Positions 48,487-60,410 of a DNA stretch of 64,000 bases are shown in pieces; positions within the stretch are counted from its first letter, which is position 1, and each line of letters opens with the position of its first letter. The stretch is from Octopus sinensis (Eukaryota), in contig NC_042997.1 in the NCBI RefSeq assembly GCF_006345805.1, forward strand, positions 201,810,001 through 201,874,000. The letters are read 5' to 3'. The notes beneath the pieces are model-generated. The model had not been told where the DNA came from. It did not search any database and worked only from the letters and a program-made list of their open reading frames with translations. The translations under genes and the position numbers were made by a program.

Positions 48487-48906
48487 TGATTAATATCTGA
48501 CAAAACAATCATGGGAAGAGAATAAGTCAAATATGGTCCTTTCATGTGCAATATGGTAATTTAAGAGATAGAACAAAAAATTGAACTTCAGAAACATTAA
48601 TCATTTTATATAAGCAATGTGCTAATATTTGTATGGTCATGTAAATACGAGGTGAAGGAATAAACATCATCTAACATCTACCGTCATGTGTTATCCTTTC
48701 AAGTACTTCCAGTGATTTATTTTCAGACATGCATTCCATAATTTCACACTTGTTCTCTATTTCCCTATTTCCTTTATATCCAGACACACCAAAAGACAGG
48801 AGTACCAGCTTTCAAAGTTTTAGCTGATCATATCAATACCATTTATTCGACTAGTTCTTGTGCCTTGCTTCTTTTGCAATACATACTGTGAAGTGGATCT
48901 TGGCAC
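48487..48906 (+). repeat. Left arm of large inverted duplication
   Basis: Reverse complement of 51127-51904 (which has insertions). Confidence 0.9.
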
Positions 48907-48984
48907 AAAAGAAGACAGCTCAGTTGTAGTTGAAATCCTGTTGGATTGCAGTGATTTTCATTTCATACTGATATAACTGGCAAC

Positions 48985-49260
48985 TGTTGGTTATGATGAT
49001 GAGGGTTCTAGTTGATCTGATCAACAGAACAGCTTGCTTGAGGAATTAATCTGTACAACTGGCTGAACACTTCACAGACACATCCACCCTTAACATAGTT
49101 CTCAGGTAGGTTCAGCGTGACATTGAGTGTGACAAGGCTGGTACACCTCATTTTTGCCAGCTGAGTAGACTGGCGCAAAGTGAAATAAAGTGTCTTGCTC
49201 AAGAACACAAGGCACTGCCTGGAATTGAACCCATGACCTTATGATTCTGAGCTAAATATC
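48985..49260 (-). mobile_element. Chimeric SINE: D1-type head, D2-type tail
   Basis: 49150-49260 matches 48000-48125; 48985-49140 matches 49315-49465. Confidence 0.7.
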
Positions 49261-49291
49261 TTAATCCCTTCACTTACTCTAATATAAAGAC

Positions 49292-49681
49292 AATGGAATG
49301 GAAGCACTCCGTCGGTTATGACGATGAGGGTTCCGGTTGATCCGAATCAACGGAACAGCCTGCTCGTGAAATTAACGTGTAAGTGGCTGAGCACTCCACA
49401 GACACGTGTACCCTTAACGTAGTTCTCGGGGATATTCAGCATGATACAGAGAGTGACAAGGCCGGCCCTTTGAAATACAGGTACAACAGAAACAGGAAGT
49501 AAGAGTGAGAGACAGTTGTGGTGAAAGAGTACAGCAGGGATCACCACCATCCCTGCCGGAGCTTCGTGGAGCTTTAGGTGTTTTCGCTCAATAAACACTC
49601 ACAACGCCCGGTCTGGGAATCGAAACCGCGATCCTACGACCGCGAGTCCGCTGCCCTAACCAATGGGCCATTGCGCCTCCA
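49292..49681 (-). mobile_element. SINE family D2, full length, young
   Basis: tRNA-like A/B boxes (TGGCCCATTGG; GGTTTCGATTCC), CpGs intact, imperfect TSD AATATAA(A)GAC. Confidence 0.92.
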
Positions 49682-49732
49682 CGAATATAAAGACAGATAC
49701 ATGTATACACACATAAATTGATTTTTTGTATA

Positions 49733-49955
49733 CAGTAATCCCTCGACTGTCGCAGGTGTTACATTCCAAACCCCCTCCCCACAGTAGGTGAAAATCCGCG
49801 AAGTAGAAATAGGACTGTACTGCATATTTTTGTTATTATTTTCATAATTTGTATATATTTATTTTATCATAAATGCAAAACAACACCATCAAGTAATCAA
49901 TGTAAGTTTAAGTAGTAAACCGTGATAGATGACCCACAATAGGTGAACCGTGATA
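49733..49955. mobile_element. Tigger/pogo-like MITE, right TIR lost
   Basis: TA-CAGTAATCCCTCGACTGTCGC...GGTGAAAATCCGCGAAGTAG, a typical pogo-type terminus. Confidence 0.7.
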
Positions 49956-50569
49956 TTGTCCAGTCCAACTCTATGGTAGAAGTCATTTGTCGTAAGTGCC
50001 ACCTTGTAAACTAAAACCTGGAACCTTGTGCTTACAAAGTGACATTAGTTAATGGCAATGCCTGTATCACCCTACAGCAATCCCAGCGTTCTGAAATTTA
50101 TCATTCCCAATTTTTCTACCATATAATAAACATAGAATGCAGACATTGCTGTTAATCGAGTCATTCACTTTTTTGAGCTCATAATTCCAGTTCTAGCCCA
50201 CCAAGTGGTGCTTCAACAAATGTCTTCTACCATAACTCTGAATTGATTAAGGCCTCATAAATGAATTTGTTATAGAAACTGCGAGAGCTCTCTCTTTCTC
50301 TGATGTGCATGTGTAAGTGTGTGTATGTGTGTGCATGTGTGTATGTGTCATCATCATCATCACTCAGTGTCCATATTTCATGCTGGTATTGGTTGAAAAG
50401 CTTGGCAGGATCCAGCAGGTGAGAGGACTGTGCCAAACTTCATTGTTTCTTTTGGTATGGCTTCTACAGCCGGATGCACTTCCTGATCCTAACCACTTTA
50501 CAGAGTGTATGCATATATCTTTGTGTAATTTTTTTTATATCAATGAAAATCAGTAGATTCAAGCAAGTT

Positions 50570-50832
50570 TATGGCATGCTCAAAAAGAAGACCCATCAAG
50601 CCGAACAAAATCATAGTCATGACAGATAACGGTGTCACGTAAATGGTACCTGTGCCAGTGGCATGTAAAAGCACCCATTACACTCTCAGAGCGGTTGGCG
50701 TTAGGAAGGGCATCCAGCTATAGAAAATCATGCCAAATCTGAGTGGATTCTGGCATAGCCTTCCAGCTTGCCAGCCCAGTCAAACTGTCCAACCCATGCC
50801 AGCATGGACAACAGATGTTGAATGATGATGAT
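50570..50832 (+). mobile_element. SINE family C
   Basis: Diagnostic motifs. Confidence 0.85.
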
Positions 50833-50857
50833 GAACAGAGTTACGTTCCATTATACC

Positions 50858-51090
50858 TATTTCTTTATTATCCACAAGGGGCTAAACATAGAGGGGACAA
50901 ACAAGGACAGACATAGGTATTAATTCGATTACATCGACCCCAGTGCATAACTGGTGCTTAATTTATCGACCCCGAAAGGATGAAAGGCAAAGTCAACCTC
51001 GGCAGAATTTGAACTCACAACGTAACAGCAGACGAAATACCGCAAAGCATTTCGCCCGGCGTGCTAACGCGTCTGCCAGCTTGCCGCCTT
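50858..51090 (-). mobile_element. SINE family B, full length
   Basis: 12-bp TSD TTCCATTATACC (50846-50857 / 51093-51104). Confidence 0.9.
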
Positions 51091-51126
51091 AATTCCATTA
51101 TACCCATTATACGCCTCGTTCCATTA

Positions 51127-51904
51127 TGCCAATGTCCACTTTGCAGAATGTATTTTAACAGAAAAGTACCATAAGAACCACATTAACAAGTATTGATATG
51201 ATCTGCTGAAATTGTTAAAGGTGGTACTTTAGTATTGCTACAATCCAGTGACAAGTAACATAGAATGTAGAAAACAAGATAATTAAAAAATATAAAGGGA
51301 AACACAACTAAAACAGTGAAACCTTGTGTATTACAAGAGTATCAGAGAAATAAGGATGTTCAACCGTTTAGCATTTAAACTAGCTATATCGAGCTCAGAA
51401 TATTTTACCTGTTTTATATTTATGTTCAAACTGACCAGAACTGACTTCTTACACCTAGCCTGCAATGCGATTCTTACTATAAACAACCACATCTTCTAAA
51501 TCGGGAAGCTACAAGATTAGTTTTAAAAAATGTAAATAAATACGCATTACATTCGACAAAGTAATATGAATGCTAAACGGTTCAGTAATCTCAATAGTTT
51601 TTGATATGTTTGGTTGTAAAGGAAATAGTGATAAACAGAACAAGTGTGAAATAATGGAATGCATGTCTGAAAATAAATCACTGGAAGTACTTGAAAGGAT
51701 AATACATAATGGTAGATGTTAAATGATGTTTATTCCCTCACCTCGTATTTACATGACCATACAAATATTAGCACATTGCTTATATAAAATGATTAATGTT
51801 TCTGATGTTCATTTTTCGCTCTATCCCTTAAATTACCATACTGTACATGAAAGGACCATATTTGACTTATTCTCTTCCCATGACTGTTTTGTCAGATATT
51901 AATC
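51127..51904 (-). repeat. Right arm of large inverted duplication (interrupted)
   Basis: 51599-51904 and 51127-51229 are complementary to 48487-48794 and 48801-48906. Confidence 0.9.
51362..51582. mobile_element. piggyBac-type MITE variant
   Basis: Perfect 14-bp inverted ends AACCGTTTAGCATT / AATGCTAAACGGTT; body similar to 52594-52812. Confidence 0.75.
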
Positions 51905-52593
51905 ACATCAGTAGAGATTGTTGTTACTGCTCCAAAACCTCATTATTCTGCCATTAGCAAAATAAATTATTGTTTAATTTTCACGAGTTTTCCTAAAAAT
52001 ATCTAGCTTGTATTGTTTGGTAGTTATGATCTAAATTCAGTTTTGTTATTATTTTGCAAAAGGACAATGTATTTTTAAAGAAAAAAAACTATCAGTTACA
52101 AATGCTTAAAAGTACATGATATATTCTTATATAGATAAATGATGTATTTTTGATTCCAGTATGTCTGAATCTACTTTTATAAAAGTTTTTGAGTGTTTTT
52201 TTTTTTCTTTTTTACTTACTGATAATGATGATATGTGTACATATATGTGTAGAGTAAGAATGAAAAATTCTCATCCAATGACATGATGTAGGTATGTACT
52301 ATAAGAGCTTAGTTTGGTTTACCACTAAAACTCCAACTGAAAGAGAAGTGGTGTTGAAGCTGTCTATGAAATATGGCTAGAAGTGGATCATCATTGAGTG
52401 GGAAGCTATATACTAGAAACAGAGACTGAACAAGCAAAATATGTGGTATCACTTTAGAGCATTTGATTTACATACAGGACAGAGTAGTTATAACAAATAC
52501 GGAATTCTGAAGTAATGTATAAGTGTGTGTATCTTTAAGTCACGATATATAGATTCAAATAATCCAGTAGTACTCATAAAAAAAGCTCCTTAA

Positions 52594-52812
52594 CCCTTTA
52601 GTGTTTAAACCGGCCATATCCGGCCCAAATAATCTACCTGTTTTCTGTTAAAACTGCCCAGATTTGATATCTCACACCAACCTATAATGTCAATCTAAAA
52701 ACAGGTGATAACATCATGGAAATCTTAAAGCTACAAAATAATGCATGATTAGCTTAAAATAATATGGATGAATAAATATTATATTTGACAGAATAATCTG
52801 AATGCTAAAGGG
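52594..52812. mobile_element. piggyBac-type MITE
   Basis: TTAA-CCCTTTAG...CTAAAGGG-TTAA. Confidence 0.85.
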
Positions 52813-52899
52813 TTAATGTATCACTCTACACAGAATATATAGTAATGACGAGGGCAGCTGTGTAAAGAAGTGCCAGTCTCTAACTGGAGGGAGACTGTG

Positions 52900-53460
52900 G
52901 TAGAAATAGACCCAGGAAGACATGGGACAAGGTGATGAAGCATGATCTTTGAACTTTGGGCCTCACAGAGGCAATGACTATTGACCGAGACCTTTGGTGA
53001 TGTGCTGTGCTTAAGAAGACCCATCAGGCCAAGTAAAATTATAGTTTTGGTTGATGCTGGTGTCACATTACTGGCACCTGTGCCAGTGACATGCAAAGAG
53101 CACCTTTAAAGCATTGGGCCTCACAGAGGCAAAGTAGCTGAGCTCCTTTCCAAGGTTTGGCCTCACGGAGGCAATGACTGAGACCTTTGGCATTATGTCA
53201 TGCTTGAAAAGAAGACCCATCAAGACGAGCAAAGTCACGGTCATGACAGATACCAGTGTCACGCAAATGGCACCTATGCCAGTGGCACATAAAAGCACCC
53301 ATTACACTCTCGGAGTGGTTGGCATTAGGAAGGGCATCCAGCCATAGAAGCCATGCCAAACCTGACTAAAGTCTGGTGCAACCTTCCAGCTTACCAACCC
53401 TGGTCAAACCATCCAACCCATGCCAGCATGGACAACAGACGTTAAATGATGATGATGATG
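52900..53460 (+). mobile_element. SINE family C, long form
   Basis: Duplicated interior block, then the C 3' end. Confidence 0.8.
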
Positions 53461-53589
53461 ATACTAGAGAAAAAGGTAAGGAATTTGTATATAGTATATG
53501 ACATAGCTAAATATTTCTCTTTTATTTATGACAATATATCTATATCTATATACATATATCAAAAGTCAAATATCAAAATCAAATTCGAT

Positions 53590-54110
53590 GACTGGCGTCC
53601 ATGCTAGCGGGGTGCAAAGAGCACCATGCGAGTGTGATCATTGACAGAGTGGCTAACCGGCTTCCGTGCCAGTGGCACTTAAAAGGCACCATTCGAGCGT
53701 GATCGTTACCAGCATCGCACTACTGGCACCCGTGCTAGTAGGGTATTAAGAGCACCATCCAAGTGTGATCGTTGCCAGAGCGACTGTCTGGCCTCTGTGC
53801 CGTTGGCACGTAAAAAGCACCATTCAAGTGTGAGCGTTACCAGCATCGCCTTACTGGCACCTGTGCCGGTGGCATGTGCAAAAGATTTGAGCAAGGTCAT
53901 TGCCAGTGCCACCTGACTGGCCCCGTGCCAGTGGCACGTAAAAGCACCCACTACACTCTTGGAGTGGTTGGCATTAGGAAGGGCATCCAGCTGTAGAAAC
54001 TCTTCCAGATCAGATTGGAGCCTGGTGTAGCCATCTGGTTCGCCAGCCCTCAGTCAAAATTGTCCAACCCATGCTAGCATGGAAAACGGACATTAAACGA
54101 TGATGATGAT
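53590..54110 (+). mobile_element. SINE family C with ABAB ~66-bp interior array
   Basis: AGCACCAT..(G/A)AG(T/C)GTGA units at about 53618, 53686, 53750 and 53816. Confidence 0.88.
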
Positions 54111-54534
54111 GACACCCACACATATCAATATTTTTCAAGTCGCTCAGTTTTCTTCAATTGATCAATAGACCAACTGTCAGTAATCTGCCTACAATGATTA
54201 CTGGAAACAGCTGTAAGCCAGATTTGCTCCTATAAAGGAAAAATATGTAATGATCATTATTTATAACTCGTACATGTGTGTGTGTGTGTGTGTGTGTGCC
54301 TTGATATCTTTCAATAGTTGTGAATGAGTGTCACTGTCATATAAGCTGTGTCATTCATTTCCAATATTTTGCATAAACGTGTCTGGTTATGGGGAGGGAA
54401 ATATTATTTTGCTTGGAAATAGGTGAGGGTTGGTGACAGGAAGGGTGTGTGGCTGTAGAAAATCTACCTCGGCCAGTTCAATCTGACCCATGCAAGCATG
54501 GAAAATTGGATGGTCAAAACAATAATAACGGATC

Positions 54535-54945
54535 AGGGACTATGTGCAATGGCTTTAGCTTTGACAGGCCCTCTGAGACTGGTGAGATTGTTTCCATTGA
54601 TGTTCTGCTTAAGCTGTTTCAAGTCAAATACGTGCAGGAAAGACATGATCAGGGAGGAGGTTTTTCGAGGGCTTATGTCCTGGGGTGGAAGGACTTGATT
54701 GGATGTAGTGATTAGTACAAAGCCTGGAGTATGTTGGGGTAAATATATCTTGGGTGATGAGAGGAGAGATAAGAGTGTTGTAACTGATCGCCTGAGTGGA
54801 AGTAGCAAGTTATTGACCAGCGCTGAAGGACATAGGCCGTAGGGGACACAGCATACTTGTGGGCCAGAGATTGGTATATGTCTGTGAGTGAGGCAGAGAT
54901 TGGAGATGACATATCTGAAGGCCAGACTGGAGCATGTCTGTAAGT
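54535..54945 (-). mobile_element. CR1/L2-group LINE 3' fragment, decayed
   Basis: QSLAHKYAVS...HHP...SFHPRT / LLPDHVFPA match the CR1-group C-terminal QSLAHRR.V...SFFPRT..LWN.LP..VFP. Confidence 0.65.
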
Positions 54946-54972
54946 GTTTAAATGCCATAAAGAGTTCATATT

Positions 54973-55165
54973 CTTTTCTACTTTTGGTGGCGGAGTCCAG
55001 TCAATTAGCTTGACCCCAGTACACAAATGGTACTTAATTTATCAACCCCGAAAGAATGAAAGACAAATTTGACCTTGGTGGAATTTGAACTCAGAACGTA
55101 AAGACAGACGAAATACTACTAAGCATTTCGCCTGGCATGCAAATATTTCTGCCAGCTCGCCACCT
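54973..55165 (-). mobile_element. SINE family B
   Basis: 15-bp TSD TAAAGAGTTCATATT (54958-54972 / 55166-55180). Confidence 0.9.
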
Positions 55166-55179
55166 TAAAGAGTTCATAT

Positions 55180-55389
55180 TTAACCCTCAAAGATGTAATG
55201 CTCATTTATTCACATCAATTTTGAATTTCTCATGCATTATCTCATAGCTTTAAGATTTCAATGATGTGATTGTTTATTTTTAGAATGACATTACAGGATA
55301 GGTGTGAGAGGCTGAATCTGGCTGGTTTGAATGTAAAACTGTTTGATTATTTAGGCCACACTTGGCTGGCTTGAGTGCCAAAGTGTTAA
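55180..55389. mobile_element. piggyBac-type MITE, diverged, opposite orientation
   Basis: TTAACCCTCAAAG...CCAAAGTGTTAA; reverse similarity to 52594-52812. Confidence 0.65.
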
Positions 55390-55624
55390 GTCGTAATTGT
55401 ATGTCAGAATCTATTCCAAACACTGAGCTCATAAACCAATTAATGATTAAATTGTTTTACTGAATCCTTTCAAATTCTTCATTATTTTCAAGATTAATTA
55501 AAACTTAAAATAATATACTTTGTTACAAATATAAACAGACAGGTTGAAGAGAAAAAAATTTAACCATTTTTTTTTGTTGTTGCAACATTGCATAACCTCA
55601 GCTATTCAACTAGTTTAGCAAACC

Positions 55625-55805
55625 TATGTTTACTTCAGCCTGTTTAGTGAACCTATGTTCAAAAGTATTCCAGCCATGACCATCCCATCTTTTACTTAGA
55701 AACAATGCATTCAGGACCTTATTGTTGAATGTCTTTTATTTTTTAAGATGGCGTGATCTGTGGGAGATTTGGTTACTATTTCTCACAGGTCACATAACTG
55801 CCTCT
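55625..55805 (-). mobile_element. Repeat family E
   Basis: Matches 37845-38005. Confidence 0.55.
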
Positions 55806-56529
55806 TGTCTCTCTTGGATCTGTTGTTAAGGTTATTAAGTGACGAAAAACAGTAGATAGAAAGATTAATGGGTTTGTCAGTAGATTGAAATTATATCAAG
55901 AAGTTTGCTTTTGAACCACATTGGGGTTTTGGGTTCAGTCCCACTGCATGGCACCTTGGGCAAGTGTCTTGTACTATATAGCTCTGAGATGACCAAATCC
56001 TTGCGAGTGGATTTGGTAGATGGAGTCTATCATATGTGTAAGTGTGTATGTGTCTCTTTGTCTTGACATCCCATGGTAGTTGTAAATAAATGTCCCTGTC
56101 AAATAAGCAGTGTTATTTATTTCTAATATTTTGCAAAAGGCATGTCTAGCTATGGGGAAATATTACTCTGCTTGGAAACTGGTGAGTGTTGGCAATAGGA
56201 AGAGCATTTGCTGGTAGAAAATCTTCCTCCATAAATGTCATCCAAACATGCAAGCATGGAAAAGTGAATGGTAAAAATGATGAAATACTCTCTCTTTCTC
56301 TCTCTCTCTCTCTGTATTTTAGAATTGTTTAACCTTCCTGGACCATTCTCCACTCCAACTGGCTTTCTGTTTGTTTCTCTGCCTCTGTCTCTCTCTCTTT
56401 CCCTCCCTCTCTCTCCCACCTTCCTCTCCTATGTTCTACTGACATTGCCAAAAATCTCCTTGATAGTAAGAAGGATACCCATGTCCTCAGTCATACTCTA
56501 ATCTCTTGGTTCTGCTCCCTCTCTCATCT

Positions 56530-56864
56530 AAATGTGCCTTGCCTTGCAAGCTCATGGGTGCTAGTTCCATATAAAAAGCACCCATGCTGGTGTCACATAA
56601 AAACAAAGCACCACATAAAAAAAAAGCAATCATGCCAGTGTCATATAGAAGGCGTCTATGCTGGTGCCATGCAAAAGCACCCTGTATGCTCTGTGAAACG
56701 GTTGGCATTAGGAAGAGCATCCAGCTGTAGAAACCAAGCCACAGCAGACAAATAGAACCTGGTGCAGCTCCTGGCCTTGCAAGCTTTTGTCAAACCATCC
56801 AACCTATGCCAGCATGGAAAATGGACGTTAAATGATGATGATGGTGATGATGACGATATATCAT
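56530..56864 (+). mobile_element. SINE family C, older copy
   Basis: Diagnostic motifs; tail interrupted by a younger copy. Confidence 0.8.
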
Positions 56865-57180
56865 CAGCCTCGGCTGGCCCCCGTGCCGGTGACACGTAAA
56901 AGCACCGTCCATTCGTGGCCGTTTGCCAGCATCGCCTGGCCCCGTGCCGGTGACACGTAAAAGCACCATCCGTTCGTGGCCGTTCGCCAGCTCTGTCTGG
57001 CACCTGTGCAGGTGGCACGTAAAAAACACCCACTACACTCGCGGAGTGGTTGGCGTTAGGAAGGGCATCCAGCCGTAGAAACACTGCCAGATCTGACTGG
57101 GCCTGACAAAGCCTTCCAGCTTCACAGACCCCAGTTGACCCGTCCAACCCATGCTAGCATGGAAAGCGGACACTAAATGA
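56865..57180 (+). mobile_element. SINE family C, young copy
   Basis: Flanked by the duplicated GATGGTGATGATGACGATATATCAT; CpG-rich. Confidence 0.9.
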
Positions 57181-57839
57181 TGATGATGATGGTGATGATG
57201 ACGATATATCATACAGAAATATGTTAACTGTATTCATATTTAGCTTTCTTCATTAAACAGTATTTTTACCAAAAAAAAAAAAAAAAAACTGTTTTGGAAT
57301 ATATCAATTCTTGAAGAAGATATTCTAGATGCTGGAATGATTTACATTTTCTGTCATAATGAAATGCTGCTTTGAGTAAATATAGACATTCTGTTTGCCG
57401 TGATTATTGGTTCATTTAAACTATCTCTGTATTAAAACTCCTTAAAAACTTTTTGATGTTTAATAGTTTTCTTCAGACAAGATGAAAATAATTTGAGCTG
57501 TAAACGATTTGCAATTTGTCACAGCTGCAAGTAAATAAACATTGTGAACGTGTATAAAGAATAATGAATTGTGAGGCTATACATTTAGATCATCACCGCA
57601 GACATAACAGAAAATGTTTGTAGGAAAATTGATAAAATGAAACCATAGGAAGGATATTTTTCACATTTGTTTTCTTCATGGAGGAAGGAAAAGAATATGG
57701 ATAGTTGTGAATGAAATATATATGAAATTCTTTTTCTTTTCTTCTTTCACTTGTTTCATCATTAGACTGTGGCCATGGTGGAGCACCACCTTGAAGGATT
57801 TTAGTCTAATGAATTGATTCCAGTGAATTTTTTCTTTTG

Positions 57840-58575
57840 AGATTGTAGCTGTGGCCTATGCCAGTGTCGTGTAACTGGCCCATTTAAGAGTACCCTTTAA
57901 TCTTTGGGCAATATGCTGTGTTTGAGAAGACCTGTTGAGTCAAGTGAAATCATTGTCATCGCTGATGCCACTACTGCCTAACTGGCACATAAAAAAGCAT
58001 TGTTTGAGTGTGGTTGATGCCAGTGCCGCCAGACTAGCTCTTGTGCCAGTGGAACATAAAAAGCACCATACAAGTGTGGTGGAACATAAAAAGCACCACA
58101 AAAGTATGGTTGATGCCAGTGCCGCCTGACTGGCTCCCATGCTGGTGATATGTAAAAAGCACCATTCAAACATGGTTGATGCCAATGCCACCAGACTTGT
58201 CTCCCATGCTGGTGGAACATAAAAAGCATCATACAAGTGTGGTCGATGCCAGTACCTCCTGACTGGCGCTTGTGACAGTGGCATGTAAAAGGCACCATTC
58301 AAACATGGTCGATGCCAGTGCTGCCAGATTGGCTCCCATTCTGTTGGCACATAAAAGGCACCATTCAAGCCTGGTTGATGCCAGTGCAGTGTGACTGGCC
58401 CCCAATGCTGGTGGCATGTAAAAAAACCACCAGTGCACTCTCAAAATGATTGTCATTAGGAAGGCTTTCCAGATCAGACTGGAGCCTGGTGCAGCCCCCT
58501 GGCTTGCCAGTTCTCAGTCAAACTGTCCAACCCAAGCCAGCATGGACAACAGACGTTAAATGATGATGATGATGA
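57840..58575 (+). mobile_element. SINE family C with ~7 x 66-bp interior units
   Basis: GATGCCA(G/A)T at 57964, 58016, 58112, 58178, 58245, 58311, 58377. Confidence 0.88.
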
Positions 58576-59029
58576 TGAAGCGTGGTACTTAGTCTATTTG
58601 TCTCTTCTGCGAAACTACTAATTACGGGGATGTAAACACATCAATACTGATTGTCAAGTGGTAGTGGTATGGGGAGGACAAACACACACACACACACAAA
58701 TATATACATATATATATACACAAAGACACACACACATACACACACACACACATACATATATATATTGGGCTTCTTTCAGTCTCCATCTACAAAATCCATT
58801 GACAAAGCTTTGGTCAGCCTGATGCCAACACTTGCCCAAAATGTAGTTGGAAGTTCAAATCACAGATAACTATCATTTAATTTAAGAACATACCCTCCTG
58901 AAACTCTGATTAGCTATGGCTTCTTGGGCCATTTTATGTCAGTGGTTAATGGTTTCATCATTGAAGGTAACTTTGATAGCAGTGACAGGGGAAAGTATCT
59001 ATCTTTTACTTGTTTCAAATCTTCATCAT

Positions 59030-59335
59030 CATTGTCATCGTCATCATGGTTTAACATCTGCTTTCCATGCTGGCATGGGTTGGACAGCTTGACTGGGGAC
59101 TACAGCTGGATGGCCTTCCTAACATGAACCACTCTTAGAGTGTATTGTGTACTTTTTATGTGCCACCTGCACTGGCAATGGCCCAAGCTCAGATGGCACT
59201 GGCAACAACCACGCTTGAATGGTACTTTTTACATGCCATTGGCATGGGTGCCAGTGAGGCTGTACTGGCATCGGCCACAACAATGACTTCACTTGACTCA
59301 ACAGGTCTCTGCAAACACAGTTTATTGCCCTTGGC
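59030..59335 (-). mobile_element. SINE family C
   Basis: Diagnostic motifs. Confidence 0.8.
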
Positions 59336-59468
59336 CAGAAAAAAGGTGAGGACTGGCAACATGAAGGGCACCCACCTGTAGAAAATCTACCTCATTGAAT
59401 TCTATCTAACCCATCCAGACATAGAAACTAGACATCATGATGGTGATATTCTTTTCTCAAGTTACTGC

Positions 59469-59760
59469 TTTTATCATTTACTTGTTTCAGTCAGTGGACT
59501 GTGGCTATGCTGGAGCACCACCTTGAATCTTTAGTCAAATGAATCAATACCAGTGGTCAAGTGGGGGAATGGATAAACACAGACACTCACACACACATAC
59601 ACACACATATGTATATGATGGGCTTCTTTCAGTTTCCGTCTACCAAATCCACTCACAGTCTGAGGCTATAGTAGAAGACACTTGCCCAAGGTACCATGGA
59701 GTGAGACTGAACCTGGAACCATGTTGTTGGGAAGCAGGCATTTACCACTCAGCCACGCCT
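59469..59760 (-). mobile_element. SINE family A with internal deletion
   Basis: Diagnostic head and tail motifs. Confidence 0.8.
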
Positions 59761-60204
59761 ACAAAATACATTCCTCGTTTTTCATTTAACACCATTTTAC
59801 AGTATAAAACCTTAATTTTATCAGTGTATTCAGACTTTTGGCTAGGATTGCAAAATTTAGCAATAAAGAAGTTTTTAAAACAGTCGGCACCTCCTCTATT
59901 CAAACAGTATTCTTCCCAACATTACTAGTTCAAGAGTTATTCTACAAATGCTTCTATTACTTCTTCAGATAAACTTTCATTATATAAAACGCATTTTGAT
60001 GAATAAATTAAGTTTCCACAACATTTTCCTGAAATAAGACAAAATTAAACAAGACATTAATAAGACACCATAGTCAATAAGAAGAAGAAGAAGAAGAAGA
60101 AGAACTTGCTTTACAGAACTGACTTATTTAAATATTATTTGAATATGTTGAGCTGAAGTAGCAACATGATGTCTTGTCAGATTGTTTTTCTTTTTATAAT
60201 TACA

Positions 60205-60410
60205 GCATACGCACATATATACACACACACTCTCATACAAAAGCACATGTACACATGTGTGAGTGTGTATGTATGCATGTATGTATGTGTATATATTTGT
60301 GTATTTTTGTATGTATGTGTATATGTGTGCATATATTTGTACAATTAATGTGTGTATATAATATCTATATATCTATATATATTTGTGTGTGTGTGTTCAA
60401 TATATATGTA
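60205..60410. repeat. Compound (CA/TG/TA) low-complexity tract
   Basis: Read directly. Confidence 0.9.

Noticed and set aside
49625-49681. tRNA-like sequences (also 48070-48137, 30250-30312)
   Set aside because: They continue directly into SINE bodies and lack a closing acceptor stem, so they are SINE heads rather than tRNA genes.
51738-51790. TCACC...-TATATAAAA resembling an snRNA-type PSE plus TATA promoter
   Set aside because: Spacing is longer than in U6-type promoters I know, a T5 run follows almost at once, and no snRNA sequence is recognisable.
56656-57147. 163-aa ORF and similar ORFs (57940-58456, 29606-29989, 33188-33568)
   Set aside because: They lie wholly within SINE C copies and the same peptides recur at every copy.
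57950-58440. CRISPR-like regular array (also 53590-53950 and 25998-26185)
   Set aside because: Whole units are homologous with no unique spacers, the arrays lie inside SINEs, the context is eukaryotic, and there are no cas genes.
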